A stretch of DNA of 62,867 nucleotides, from assembly GCF_001194135.2 (NCBI RefSeq), contig NC_068991.1:15317103-15379969 (forward strand). Direction: 5' to 3'. The translations under genes and the position numbers were made by a program. Source of the stretch: Octopus bimaculoides. Its lineage: Eukaryota. Under the pieces are notes generated by a model. It had not been told where the DNA came from, made no database searches, and saw only the letters and a list, made by a program, of their open reading frames with translations. Positions 50,491-62,867 of the stretch are shown piece after piece (the stretch's first letter is position 1; every line of letters begins with the position of its first letter).

Positions 50491-50809
50491 AGTAGAAAAG
50501 AAAAGAATTATTTTTCTTCATTTGTTTTACAAATTTCTGCAATCGACCAATCGCTCCTTCCATATCCTTCAACATCTACCAGTCACGTCTTTCAAGCCAC
50601 TCCTGAAATGTTCGTGTCTTTATCTGAATCAACTTAACAACTCTCCTTTTATATTCGGTCAGTTAGCGATGTGGCTTCCGGTTTAATTTAATTTCCGTCC
50701 ATTGATTTCTTCAAAATCATTGTTAAATTCTTCAGACGTCTCTGCCTTTGTTTTCTTTCTATTCGTCTTTTTCTCCTCATTCTTGCTGTCTCTCCCCCTA
50801 TCTATATCA

Positions 50810-50810
<1 letters not shown>

Positions 50811-50877
<67 letters not shown>

Positions 50878-51151
50878 NNNNNNNNNNNNNNNNNNNNNNN
50901 NNNNNNNNNNNNNNNNNNNNNNNNNNNNNNNNNNNNNNNNNNNNNNNNNNNNNNNNNNNNNNNNNNNNNNNNNNNNNNNNNNNNNNNNNNNNNNNNNNNN
51001 NNNNNNNNNNNNNNNNNNNNNNNNNNNNNNNNNNNNNNNNNNNNNNNNNNNNNNNNNNNNNNNNNNNNNNNNNNNNNNNNNNNNNNNNNNTTTTGTCTCT
51101 CTCTCTCTCTCTCTTTCTTTTGTCTCTCTCTCTCTCTCTTTTTCTTTCTTT

Positions 51152-51200
<49 letters not shown>

Positions 51201-51328
51201 ATCTCCCCACACACACACAAACAAACACGCTCGCTGCCTGTCTGACTACCACCTCCGCATTGACCTTGATCTAACACCAACAACAATGCCAGCTATAACA
51301 ACAACAACAAAGCGACTACTATTACTAC

Positions 51329-51381
<53 letters not shown>

Positions 51382-52200
51382 GCTACAAGAAAAAAAAACA
51401 GCAATATGGAAACTACGATATCAGCGCTAGATACCAGATCGACGACAACAACAACAATAACAACAATATTGGTAACACGAATAGTAAATAACTATGGAAA
51501 CGGCTACCAAAACTGTTTGCAACAACACAACAACAACAAAACAACAACAAGAACAGTAACAACAACCACTACTAGAATTGCAAACAATAACAATGACAAA
51601 TAGAACAACAATAACAATAGCAATCAGAGGAGAAAAATAACAATAGGTACTACAGAAACAACAACGACAACAAAATAACAACAACAATCAATCAAAACAG
51701 AAACAAGAGCGATTACAGCAGCAGCAGCAGCAGCAGCAGCAACAGTAATCACGGCTACAAAGGTGATAAGATCAACTACGACAACAACAACGAAGGCAAC
51801 AGTAACAATTGTGACGAGAAACAACGACGTTAATAACAGCGAGAGGAACAGACGAAAGTGAAAGTAGAAAAATAACTATGGCGTCGACGACAAAGACAAC
51901 AACAACAAAAACAACAACAACAACAACAAGTAAATCAACTATGAACTATATCTGCAGCTACCACCACCACCGCCACCACCACAACAACAACAACAACAAT
52001 AAAAAAGCCACAGCAAAAACATTGTCGATAATTAAAATGAAGAATTATAGCAACAACAAAAACAACAACAAAAGCAGCAACAGTAGCAACAACAATAACA
52101 ACAACAACAACAACTACCACAGTAGCAGCAGCAACAACTACGGCAAGAACGACAACAACAACACCAACAACAATCGCAACATTAACAAGAACAACAGTAT
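50811..52200. repeat. (CT)n followed by long CAA/CTA/CAG low-complexity tracts
   Basis: Direct reading of the sequence. Confidence 0.95.
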
Positions 52201-52527
52201 TGCTCTCATTAACTTTGATCATTCAGAAGATAACCCATTGGTGTTAATTAGAACACACAGCATTGATGTAGACATACACACGCACATACACACACACACA
52301 CACATATACACACACGCACTCACGCATACACAAACAGCACTACGCTTATGCACACAAACACATACAGACTCGCATACACTTCACAAAGAATATTAAACTT
52401 ATGTTTGTATACGCAGATATATATATACACACACACGTAAGCATATACACATTTACAAATGTGTATATTACTCATGCGCAAGCACTTAAATTCGCACACT
52501 TGCATAAAGAACCACCTCAGATACAGA

Positions 52528-52578
<51 letters not shown>

Positions 52579-52714
52579 GCCATACCGACATAATGCAAAG
52601 ACACGTTCGGTGCCCACTTACACACACACATACACACCCTATGCAGAACTATAAGCATACTTGATGGCTGCGATGCCATCGCCTGGTTATTGTTCTTTTA
52701 AACGAAAAGGTGAA

Positions 52715-53030
52715 GGCTCATGGCTCAGTAGTTTGAGCGAGTCTGAATCCTGCACTGGGCTGTGTGTTGCGTTCTTGAGCAAGACACTTCATTTCACGTT
52801 GCTCCAGTTCACTCAGCTGTAGAAATGGGTTGCAACGTCACAGGTGCCAAACTGTATCGGCTTTTGCCTTTCCCCTGGACAACATCGGTGGTGTGGAGAG
52901 GGGGGAGGCTGGTATGCATGGGCGACTGCTGGTCTTCCATAAACAACCTTGCCCGGACTTGTGCCTCGGAGGGGAACTTTCCAGGTGCAATCCTATGGTC
53001 AGTCATGACCGAAGGGGGTCTTTACCTTTT
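52715..53030 (+). mobile_element. SINE family C
   Basis: Head TGGCTCAGTAG.., core TTGAGCAAGACAC..CAGTTCACTCAGCTG, tail GGGGGTCTTTACC. Confidence 0.9.
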
Positions 53031-53165
53031 ACAAATATGAGCAACACAGATGTGGATTTTCAGTCCATATAGGAATCTATACTCGATTGTTCTATGATGG
53101 GCACCTCTTGCAACAAGTGTGCAGAGAGCTTACCACCCACGTTGACATCTACCTTCGTTCCCACG

Positions 53166-53218
<53 letters not shown>

Positions 53219-54160
53219 TACAAATTAAAAGGGTAAAGGTTTATCAATTTATTAATTTATTAATAAATCACCAATTAATAATTTTTACCAAGCCCTTCGG
53301 TATGTAAACAGTAAATANNNNNNNNNNNNNNNNNNNNNNNNNNNNNNNNNNNNNNNNNNNNNNNNNNNNNNNNNNNNNNNNNNNNNNNNNNNNNNNNNNN
53401 NNNNNNNNNNNNNNNNNNNNNNNNNNNNNNNNNNNNNNNNNNNNNNNNNNNNNNNNNNNNNNNNNNNNNNNNNNNNNNNNNNNNNNNNNNNNNNNNNNNN
53501 NNNNNNNNNNNNNNNNNNNNNNNNNNNNNNNNNNNNNNNNNNNNNNNNNNNNNNNNNNNNNNNNNNNNNNNNNNNNNNNNNNNNNNNNNNNNNNNNNNNN
53601 NNNNNNNNNNNNNNNNNNNNNNNNNNNNNNNNNNNNNNNNNNNNNNNNNNNNNNNNNNNNNNNNNNNNNNNNNNNNNNNNNNNNNNNNNNNNNNNNNNNN
53701 NNNNNNNNNNNNNNNNNNNNNNNNNNNNNNNNNNNNNNNNNNNNNNNNNNNNNNNNNNNNNNNNNNNNNNNNNNNNNNNNNNNNNNNNNNNNNNNNNNNN
53801 NNNNNNNNNNNNNNNNNNNNNNNNNNNNNNNNNNNNNNNNNNNNNNNNNNNNNNNNNNNNNNNNNNNNNNNNNNNNNNNNNNNNNNNNNNNNNNNNNNNN
53901 NNNNNNNNNNNNNNNNNNNNNNNNNNNNNNNNNNNNNNNNNNNNNNNNNNNNNNNNNNNNNNNNNNNNNNNNNNNNNNNNNNNNNNNNNNNNNNNNNNNN
54001 NNNNNNNNNNNNNNNNNNNNNNNNNNNNNNNNNNNNNNNNNNNNNNNNNNNNNNNNNNNNNNNNNNNNNNNNNNNNNNNNNNNNNNNNNNNNNNNNNNNN
54101 NNNNNNNNNNNNNNNNNNNNNNNNNNNNNNNNNNNNNNNNNNNNNNNNNNNNNNNNNNNN

Positions 54161-54191
<31 letters not shown>

Positions 54192-54197
54192 CATATA

Positions 54198-54362
54198 TAC
54201 GACGGGCTTCTTTCAGTTTCAGTCTACCAGATCCACTCACAAGGCTTTGGTCGGCCCGAGGCTATAGTGGAAGACACTTGCCCAAGATGCCACGCAGTGG
54301 GACTGTACCCGGAACCGTGTGGTTGGTAAGCAAGCTACTTACCACATAGCTACTCCTGCGCA
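54198..54362 (-). mobile_element. SINE family D, 5' half
   Basis: CGACGGGCTTCTTTCAGTTTC..GGGACTGTACCCGG. Confidence 0.85.
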
Positions 54363-54876
54363 TGTCGAAATGTTTAAAAAAAATTTTTTAGGTAGTATAT
54401 AGATGTAATTTATGACGCTGGATCCGAGTTTGTTATTCATTTGTTCCAAAAAACAATGTTACAGGTATTCAAAGTTTGATAATCTTCAGAATTTTTAACC
54501 AATCAGAAAACAGCGCGTTCGCTGCCTCTTCCCTTATCTGTCATAGTAGTGAGAAGTATGCGGTGGTGAGGGCAGGCATATCAAAATACTAGAAATAACA
54601 GTGAGAAGCATTAAAACATACGCGAGCAAATTAAATATTTAAAAGCTACGAGCAGAGCATCTGGAGTTGCTTGAAATAACATTCAAAACATTAGAATATA
54701 CACGAGCAAAGTAAACAGTGAAAAACATTAAAACATATGCGAGCAAATTAAATATTTAAGATCTACGATCAAACCAAATGCAGTTGCTAAAAATAACAGT
54801 CAAAACATTGCTTAAAACAGACATTTATTACATTATTTACATTCGACGGATATTTGTCCTCATTTTGTTTGTTGTT

Positions 54877-54922
54877 AACACAACGTTTCGGCTGATATAC
54901 CCTCCAGCCTTCTTCAGATGTC
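54877..54922 (-). ncRNA. Minimal type I hammerhead ribozyme
   Basis: GACAT CTGAAGA A GGCTG-GAGGGTATAT-CAGCC GAAA CG TT|GTGTT. Confidence 0.75.
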
Positions 54923-54971
54923 TTGGGGAAACTTTGAACCTGGGTTCTCATTCCTATGGTATTCTTCGATG

Positions 54972-55020
<49 letters not shown>

Positions 55021-55328
55021 NNNNNNNNNNNNNNNNNNNNNNNNNNNNNNNNNNNNNNNNNNNNNNNNNNNNNNNNNNNNNNNNNNNNNNNNNNNNNNNN
55101 NNNNNNNNNNNNNNNNNNNNNNNNNNNNNNNNNNNNNNNNNNNNNNNNNNNNNNNNNNNNNNNNNNNNNNNNNNNNNNNNNNNNNNNNNNNNNNNNNNNN
55201 NNNNNNTTAACCACTACGTCCACGGGCATATGGCGTAGTGGTTAAGAGCGCGGGCTACTAACCCCAAAATTCCGAGTTCGATTCCAAGCGGTGACCAGAA
55301 TAACAACAACAACAACAACAACAACAAC

Positions 55329-55363
<35 letters not shown>

Positions 55364-55417
55364 CAACATCGAAGAATACCTTAGGAATGAGAACCCAGGT
55401 TCAAAATTTCCCCATAA

Positions 55418-55463
55418 GACACCTGATGAACGCTGGAGGGTATATCAGCCGAAACGTTGTGTT
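55418..55463 (+). ncRNA. Minimal type I hammerhead ribozyme
   Basis: GACAC CTGATGA A CGCTG-GAGGGTATAT-CAGCC GAAA CG TT|GTGTT. AACGTT is palindromic and the predicted cut is after 55458. Confidence 0.75.
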
Positions 55464-56765
55464 AACAACAAACAAGATGAGGACAAATATCCGTGGAATG
55501 TAAATAATGTAAAAACAAAAAAAAACAAAAATTAAATAATAGTATTGTAGTTGCGGGTGGGTCCCCTTAGTCTCCTGGCAACCAATATTTTTAGACCCAG
55601 TCCGCCACAGTATGATTGCATTTATTTTAATATACTGTTGTGGCCAAAAGTTTGGAACATACTTTCGCATACATAGTAGACAAGATTCCCTTTATTAAAA
55701 GTATGCAATTTGGTGGTCTAGAACTATATTTTCGATTTCGCCTATTTTTTTGCTTCTAGATATTGAACCATTGGGTCGGTTATTCAGTAAGTATATCTCT
55801 GCGTTGCATGTATTTGAATCGAATTGTACTTGGGCATAACAATTTTAATTTAAAAAGAAAGAAATTGTTCCAAACTTTTGGTCACAGTTGCATATGACAT
55901 TTTATTTACTAATGTCTTTACGTTTCCGCCATCATGAAATGTGTGTGTGAGAGAGAGAGAGAAAGAAAGATAGTGTGTGTGTTTGTGTATTTGTGCGTAT
56001 GTATGGGTCTTCATGTGTATGTTTATGTATGTGTTTGTGCTTATTTTTACACCTGTCCAAGTGAAGGTGTTGTTTATGTTCTCTCCACTTTATCCCCGCC
56101 TCCATTGTCACTTCTCCCTCCACCCCCACATCTTTTTTTATCTCCTGAAATTTGGAGGTTCGAAAATTAGCGATAGACGATATAACTATCAGTCTGAAAC
56201 GAATACTAGGTTTGGTATGCTCGACTAAACCCTCGAAGGCGAGTGCTCCAGCATGGCTGCAGTTTGACAATGGAAACCAGCAAAAGAATAAAAGCGTAAT
56301 AAAATCTTTCCCATTGATGTTTTCGCTGTCATTTGGATATTTTCCAAAAATGTTGGAAATTAAGCGAAGATCAAACAGTCAAAGCCGAAACCCAGAGGGA
56401 AAAACGGTTGGAGGTTTAGCGAAGTCAAAAGGTTAGAACAATAAAGAACACGGATAAATCTTTGATGAGAATTCTTCTGTTACACACGCGAGGAAACTGC
56501 TACAAACAAAACTAAGTATGATACAAGATAAATGGAAGAAAGAAATCTGATGCAATGCAAGAATATATTTTCGAAAGAATGGAAGTACGACCGTACTCAA
56601 AAATCTTCTGGTATGTGAAGTGTAAAAGGAACGTGCAGTCGCAAAGAGTCGTTCAAACCGGTCAGTTGCATCTCGGGTGTTTATGTACGTATGGTGAGTA
56701 TGCATGCATTCGTGTATGTATAAATGGATGGACGCATGCGTGCATACCTGCATGTATGTAATGTG

Positions 56766-56883
<118 letters not shown>

Positions 56884-56929
56884 GATCGATCTATCGATCT
56901 ATCTATCTATCCATGCGTATGTGCGTGTC

Positions 56930-57104
56930 TTTATGTTTGCGTTTGGTTCCCATATCACTTGACAAGCGATGTTGTTTTGTTTACGTCCTCGGCAAAAGAG
57001 ACCGGTAGAATAGGTATCAGGCTTTCAAAAATAAGTCTTGGGGCCGATTCATTCGACTAAAACTTTTAAAGGCGGTGCCTCAGCACGACTAAAGCAAGTA
57101 AAAG

Positions 57105-57150
<46 letters not shown>

Positions 57151-57668
57151 TCTATGGCTTTCACACAGCTTCCGTCAATCAAATCCACTCATATGCATTG
57201 CTAACTCGAGCTAAACTCGAACTCTACAGAAGAAAATTGCAAGAGTGGCTGTGTGGTAAGTAGCTTGCTTACCAATCACNNNNNNNNNNNNNNNNNNNNN
57301 NNNNNNNNNNNNNNNNNNNNNNNNNNNNNNNNNNNNNNNNNNNNNNNNNNNNNNNNNNNNNNNNNNNNNNNNNNNNNNNNNNNNNNNNNNNNNNNNNNNN
57401 NNNNNNNNNNNNNNNNNNNNNNNNNNNNNNNNNNNNNNNNNNNNNNNNNNNNNNNNNNNNNNNNNNNNNNNNNNNNNNNNNNNNNNNNNNNNNNNNNNNN
57501 NNNNNNNNNNNNNNNNNNNNNNNNNTCGGCAAAAGAGACCGATTGAATAAGTACTAGGCTTCCAAAGAATAAGTCCTGGGGTCGATTTGCTCAACTAAAG
57601 GCGGTGCTCCAGCATGGCCACAGTCAAATGACTGAAACAAGTAAAAGAGTAAAAGAGTAAAAGAGTAA
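56930..57668. mobile_element. Family D SINE pieces (3' half +, short - piece, gapped full + copy)
   Basis: TCGGCAAAAGAGACCG..GGCGGTGC tails at ~56990 and ~57526-57668, and a head GTGGCTGTGTGGTAAG at 57245. Confidence 0.85.
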
Positions 57669-58499
57669 CTCAAATGCTCAGCGACAATACCAACCTCAGA
57701 AACAAATGATTATTGAACGAACATCTTCACCATACAGCCATGCCAGCTTCAGTATCCTTTAGTGATATCAAATTACTCGAATGAAGAATTGATAGAAGAA
57801 ATGGTAATTTAAAAACAAAGATCTCTTGCATTGATTCCAGGCTACAGATTTGTTGATCGAAGAATGTAGTCTACTGAATCGATTTCGGTTCTTTCGTAGT
57901 ACATTCCTTGTTATCGATCTCTCTCGAGTAAAATGCAAAGTTGACCTCGAATGTACTTGATATCGAAATATCGAGCGTGTTGTTTATTTAAACTCTGTTC
58001 CATTTGTGACACATCACTTCCTTGGGGACTGTCAAATGTACGCAATACGTTGTTTTCAGTAGTTGAGTGTTAAGTAGTCTTATGGAAAGTACTCGTCGCA
58101 CTAAACTAATTTTGTAAACGAAATCATTTTTTTCTAATAAATTTTAGAAAATAAAAAAAAATCCGTTTTGTTGTATCTCGAGAGGGTCATTATACCAACA
58201 ATAAACACACGCAATGGTTTTATTTAGCATCTTTTATTGTTATTAGTCAATTGGTTAACAGTTTCACCAATTAACTGATCGATCGTTTGATTAATCGTTC
58301 AATCAGACAGGAGACAGACAGACCTGAAGCACACCTGGGGTAGAGAAAGTATGACATTGATGAAGTCGTGAATAGCGACAAAATGACTTTGACAAACCCA
58401 GCTGATTAATTGACTGACTGATTGACCGAAAGTTTCATCAAACCATCGAATGAGTTAATTGGCTAACTAGTTAACTAATTAACTAATAATTCTTTCTAC

Positions 58500-59400
58500 T
58501 AAAGGCACAGGGCTTTAAATTTCTGAGAAGGGGACTAATCGATTACATCGACCCCAGTGTTTAACTGGAACTTATTTTATTGACTCCGAAAGGATGAAAG
58601 GTTAAGCCAACCTTGGTAGAATTTGAACTCAGAACGTAAAAACAGTCGACCCCAGTGTTTATCTGGAACTATTTTACCGAATCCGAAAGTATGAAAGGTA
58701 AAGTCTTAATAGACACAAGATGTGATCTATTTCTAGCACATTAATTGTCCACGTTAGTGGTCAACGTTATTTAAAATATATATATATATATAATATATGG
58801 CACTCGGTCGGTTACGACGACAAGGGTTCCAGTTGCCTGCTCAGCAAATTAACGTGCAAGTGGCTGAGCACTCCATGAAAACACGCGTACTCTTAACGTA
58901 GTTCTCAAGAAGATTCAGCGTGACAGAGTGTGACAAGGCTGGTCCTTTGAAATACAAGTACAACTCATTTTTACAAGGTGAGTAGACTGGAGCAATATGA
59001 AATAAAGAATCTTGCTCAAGGACGCAACACATCGCCGAGAATTGAACGCACAACCTTATGACCGAGAGCCGAATACCTTAACCACTAAGCCACGCCCCTT
59101 CACCCCATGTAAAGAATACAGTGTAAAATGGTTGGACACCTTGAAACAGACAACAGTGGTTACCAGTTTACAGAGATCATAAGGTAGCGAGTTGGCTGAA
59201 TCGTTAGCACGCCGGACAAAACGCTTTGCGGCATTACGTCTATCTTTAGGTTCTGTGTTCAAATTTCGCCAGAGTCTGAAAGGGCACCTATCCTCTTGGA
59301 GTCGATAAAATAAGTACCAATCGAGCACTGGAGTCGATGCAATTGACTAGCTCTCCTCTGAACCGAAATTTCAAGCCTTGTACCTATAGTAGAAACAATC
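58500..59400. mobile_element. SINE cluster: family A (-), composite B/C (-), family A (+)
   Basis: Family motifs at 58500-58705, 58800-59100 and 59185-59400. Confidence 0.8.
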
Positions 59401-59563
59401 ATTAATAACCTTTATAATTTTAAACTAAAGACAGAATTGTCAGCATGTTGGACAAAATGCATATATATATATATATATATATATATAAATGTTCTGAAAT
59501 CTTTCACAGCCTTGGATTTTTTTAATCTCATTCTGTAAATTTATATATATATATGTGTGTGTG

Positions 59564-59657
<94 letters not shown>

Positions 59658-59660
59658 GAA

Positions 59661-60072
59661 AATAAGCAACAAGGATATCCAAAGTTAATGCAGTACTATT
59701 GTTTCATGCGACTCCATTTATTTAAGCAATGTGAACATTACATCAAATGTAAAATGCAGAGCAATCCTCAGCTGCACAAAGATATAAAAATTTACTGAAA
59801 TTTCATTTCAACAGAAGGACATATTTTTGTAACTACATTTAAAATGTGTTTTTGTTTCTTTTTGTATTCTTCCTTCCTTTCTACTCGGAGAGTTTAAATG
59901 TAGTTACAAAAATATCTCCTGTTGAAATGAAATTTCAGTAAATTTCTATATCTTTGTGCAGCTGAGGATTGCTCTGCATTTTACATTTGATGTAATGTTC
60001 ATATTGCTTAAATAAATGGAGTCGCATGAAACGATCGTACTGCATTAACTTTGGATATCCTTGTTGCTTATT
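59661..60072. mobile_element. Near-perfect foldback element (about 180-bp arms, 49-bp spacer)
   Basis: 59661-59843 is the reverse complement of 59893-60072, with only a handful of substitutions and one small indel. Confidence 0.95.
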
Positions 60073-60151
60073 ATGATTTTAATCACCTTATTGTATGGAT
60101 AATACCATACTTAATTCTGGTGCCTAAACTCAAGTACCACATTCACCTTGA

Positions 60152-60185
<34 letters not shown>

Positions 60186-60190
<5 letters not shown>

Positions 60191-60885
60191 GTATACCTCA
60201 CCCTAAGTCGTTAATTGGTTCCAGAAAACACGACTTGAGTCGAATAACGACTTAAGTCGAATGACTTGTCCATAGGCTAGGCTAGGCCTGGCTTAGCCTA
60301 ACCTAGCCTAGACTGCTAATAGCCATTCCCCAGTGCTGTACTTTATTTATGAATGTATTATCGATAAGACGTGGTTAATAAAAACCTATTTTAAGTTTTG
60401 TATTTAAAATTTAGTATTTTAAGTTTTGTAATATAGTAAAAAGAAAAAAATCTAAAATATTTTAAATTTACCAATACGTACAATTTGGTAGTGTTTTTAT
60501 ATTGCTAATAGCCATTCCCCAGTACTTTACTTTATGAAGGCATTTTCTATAAGACATGGTTAATAAAAACCTATTTTAAGCTTACAAACAAATAATCATT
60601 ATTTTGTAATAAATATTTGTTTTAGTGTACTTATATTACACTATTTTATGGTGTGTATTTTCGCATTTACTGTATTTTGATATGATTTTATATGCTTTTA
60701 TTCTTATTTATTGTAACATGATTTTATGCGCTTTAAATATTTTTTAGCGATTTTACGATTCCAATATTATTGGCGGACCCACGTAATGTCGAGCAAAATG
60801 ACTTGACTTGATTTTTATTTTTCCATATATTATTTTTGAAAACCGATGTATCTTCGAGAACGACTTAAGCCGAGGTATCCCTGTG
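60186..60885. mobile_element. Tigger/pogo-like non-autonomous DNA transposon
   Basis: 27-bp TIRs CACAGGTATACCTCACCCTAAGTCGTT and (rc) CACAGGGATACCTCGGCTTAAGTCGTT. Contains an internal direct duplication (~60314 and ~60503) and a TAGGC/GCCTA hairpin. No ORF. Confidence 0.75.
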
Positions 60886-60887
60886 TG

Positions 60888-60922
<35 letters not shown>

Positions 60923-62867
60923 NNNNNNNNNNNNNNNNNNNNNNNNNNNNNNNNNNNNNNNNNNNNNNNNNNNNNNNNNNNNNNNNNNNNNNNNNNNNNN
61001 NNNNNNNNNNNNNNNNNNNNNNNNNNNNNNNNNNNNNNNNNNNNNNNNNNNNNNNNNNNNNNNNNNNNNNNNNNNNNNNNNNNNNNNNNNNNNNNNNNNN
61101 NNNNNNNNNNNNNNNNNNNNNNNNNNNNNNNNNNNNNNNNNNNNNNNNNNNNNNNNNNNNNNNNNNNNNNNNNNNNNNNNNNNNNNNNNNNNNNNNNNNN
61201 NNNNNNNNNNNNNNNNNNNNNNNNNNNNNNNNNNNNNNNNNNNNNNNNNNNNNNNNNNNNNNNNNNNNNNNNNNNNNNNNNNNNNNNNNNNNNNNNNNNN
61301 NNNNNNNNNNNNNNNNNNNNNNNNNNNNNNNNNNNNNNNNNNNNNNNNNNNNNNNNNNNNNNNNNNNNNNNNNNNNNNNNNNNNNNNNNNNNNNNNNNNN
61401 NNNNNNNNNNNNNNNNNNNNNNNNNNNNNNNNNNNNNNNNNNNNNNNNNNNNNNNNNNNNNNNNNNNNNNNNNNNNNNNNNNNNNNNNNNNNNNNNNNNN
61501 NNNNNNNNNNNNNNNNNNNNNNNNNNNNNNNNNNNNNNNNNNNNNTATATTTGTTTTGCAAGATTTTTTATGTGATTTCGTGTGTTGAAGCATATTCTGT
61601 TGTGTCTGGGGAGAGTCATTTTCTTATTGTGCCTTAAAATTTAACACACTCACCGTTAAAATTTCCACTTATTTCTTATTTTTATTTTCCTAAAATTTTC
61701 GTTGCGTCTTGCAACCTTTTCAATAGTCTTGACTCTTCAGGGCTTCTAAACCACATAACCATATTTACACCCGTTAATTGTAACATCTTTGCCTCATCCG
61801 TAATGAAACAATTGTCAAAGTCTTAGAATGTTTTTTTTTAATTTTTTTAATACATCCTCCATCGTTTGTAACTGTGTTATATATTCTACGCACTCAGTTT
61901 TATGAGTTATTTTACCGGAAAGAATTCTTTTAGATAAGACGGGTTCATAGCTTCGGTAAATGAGCTATTTTCACAGGAAATACGCTTGAATCTCTAAAAC
62001 AGTAAATCTATAGTACATGTGAACTTGGATAAGTAATTCTATTTGAACCACTTTTCACCGTTTACTCGTAAGAAATATCAAAACTTTAAAAGTACACACA
62101 CACACACACACACAATTATACAAGCATTCATACATACATACATACATACATACATACATACATACATACATACATACATAATACATACATACTTGTATAC
62201 ACATATATACATACATACACACACGCACATATATAAAACAAAATATATTATAAAAATATTTCCATAGAAGTTTAATAAAATTTGTAAATTTTGCATATAA
62301 AATGTCAAACTGAAATCGCGTGCAACAATAAATAGTATATTGATATCTAAAAAAAAAAAAGAACTTTGTCTGGAAGACTAAACAATTAATTTGTATTTGC
62401 GATTTTACGAGGCATAAAATTATTTTGAATGCAATAAAAAAAGACATGTAAAAGAACTTAGCTTTCCAAAATGTTACTAACTGGGAAATAAATAACAGAA
62501 AATGAAAAATTCATGAAAAACGAAAATCTATTTGATGACACAAGTGAGAAGAAGAAGAGAAAAATAAACACTGACGATGCAATTTTCAAAATCAAAATAT
62601 ATTTTAATCTATTCAGTGTAGCCATTTCATGTATTCTTTTATCCGTTTCACTCATTTATCTGTTGCCAAGCTGGGGCACCACGTTCAAGGATTTAGTATA
62701 AAAAATTTTATTCCTAGATCTAATTTTTCTTAAAGTCTGGTACATATTCTAGCTGTCTTCTTTATTTTTTGTTTAACCGCTAGGGTAAGCGAACGTAAGC
62801 AAACCAACAACGCTGGTTGTTAAATGTTGGGGGACAAACCACACAGAGAAAGAAGGGCATATATATA

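Larger units (their letters stand above)
54828..55512. mobile_element. Head-to-head inverted pair of a tRNA-headed, HHR-containing element
   Basis: 54828-55020 is the reverse complement of ~55320-55512, with about 8 differences. A tRNA-like head lies at 55224-55295 (A box 55231-55241, B box 55274-55285). The rc of the partner's A box is visible at 55207-55218. Confidence 0.8.

Noticed and set aside
56330-56690. Helitron N-terminal-like AETQREKRLE peptide
   Set aside because: It is a single short motif with stops and no Rep or helicase sequence nearby.

Overview
AT-rich, gap-riddled eukaryotic genomic DNA. The tRNA-derived SINE families and microsatellite load suggest a cephalopod (octopus-like) draft assembly; this is an inference. 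Almost all supplied ORFs are artefacts of N-runs or microsatellites. One plausible host gene is present: an intact 293-aa ORF with a hydrophobic C-terminus at 22123-23004 (-). The rest is SINEs, decayed transposons (hAT, four mariners, a Tigger-like MITE, and Penelope, Tx1, RTE and R4/Dong retroelement fragments), a degenerate tRNA-Gln, an interstitial TTAGGG tract and several foldback elements. The most striking signal is a set of hammerhead ribozyme (HHR) motifs that no ORF track shows. Two type I HHRs (666-727 and 16185-16255) sit in homologous ~340-353 bp tandem repeats with retrozyme-like architecture. Two minimal HHRs (54877-54922 and 55418-55463) sit in a head-to-head palindromic element that has a tRNA-like Pol III head. 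A further repeat family carries an HHR fold with a consistent non-canonical CUGUYGA core. All folds were done by eye, and repeat boundaries are approximate unless TIRs or TSDs are quoted.
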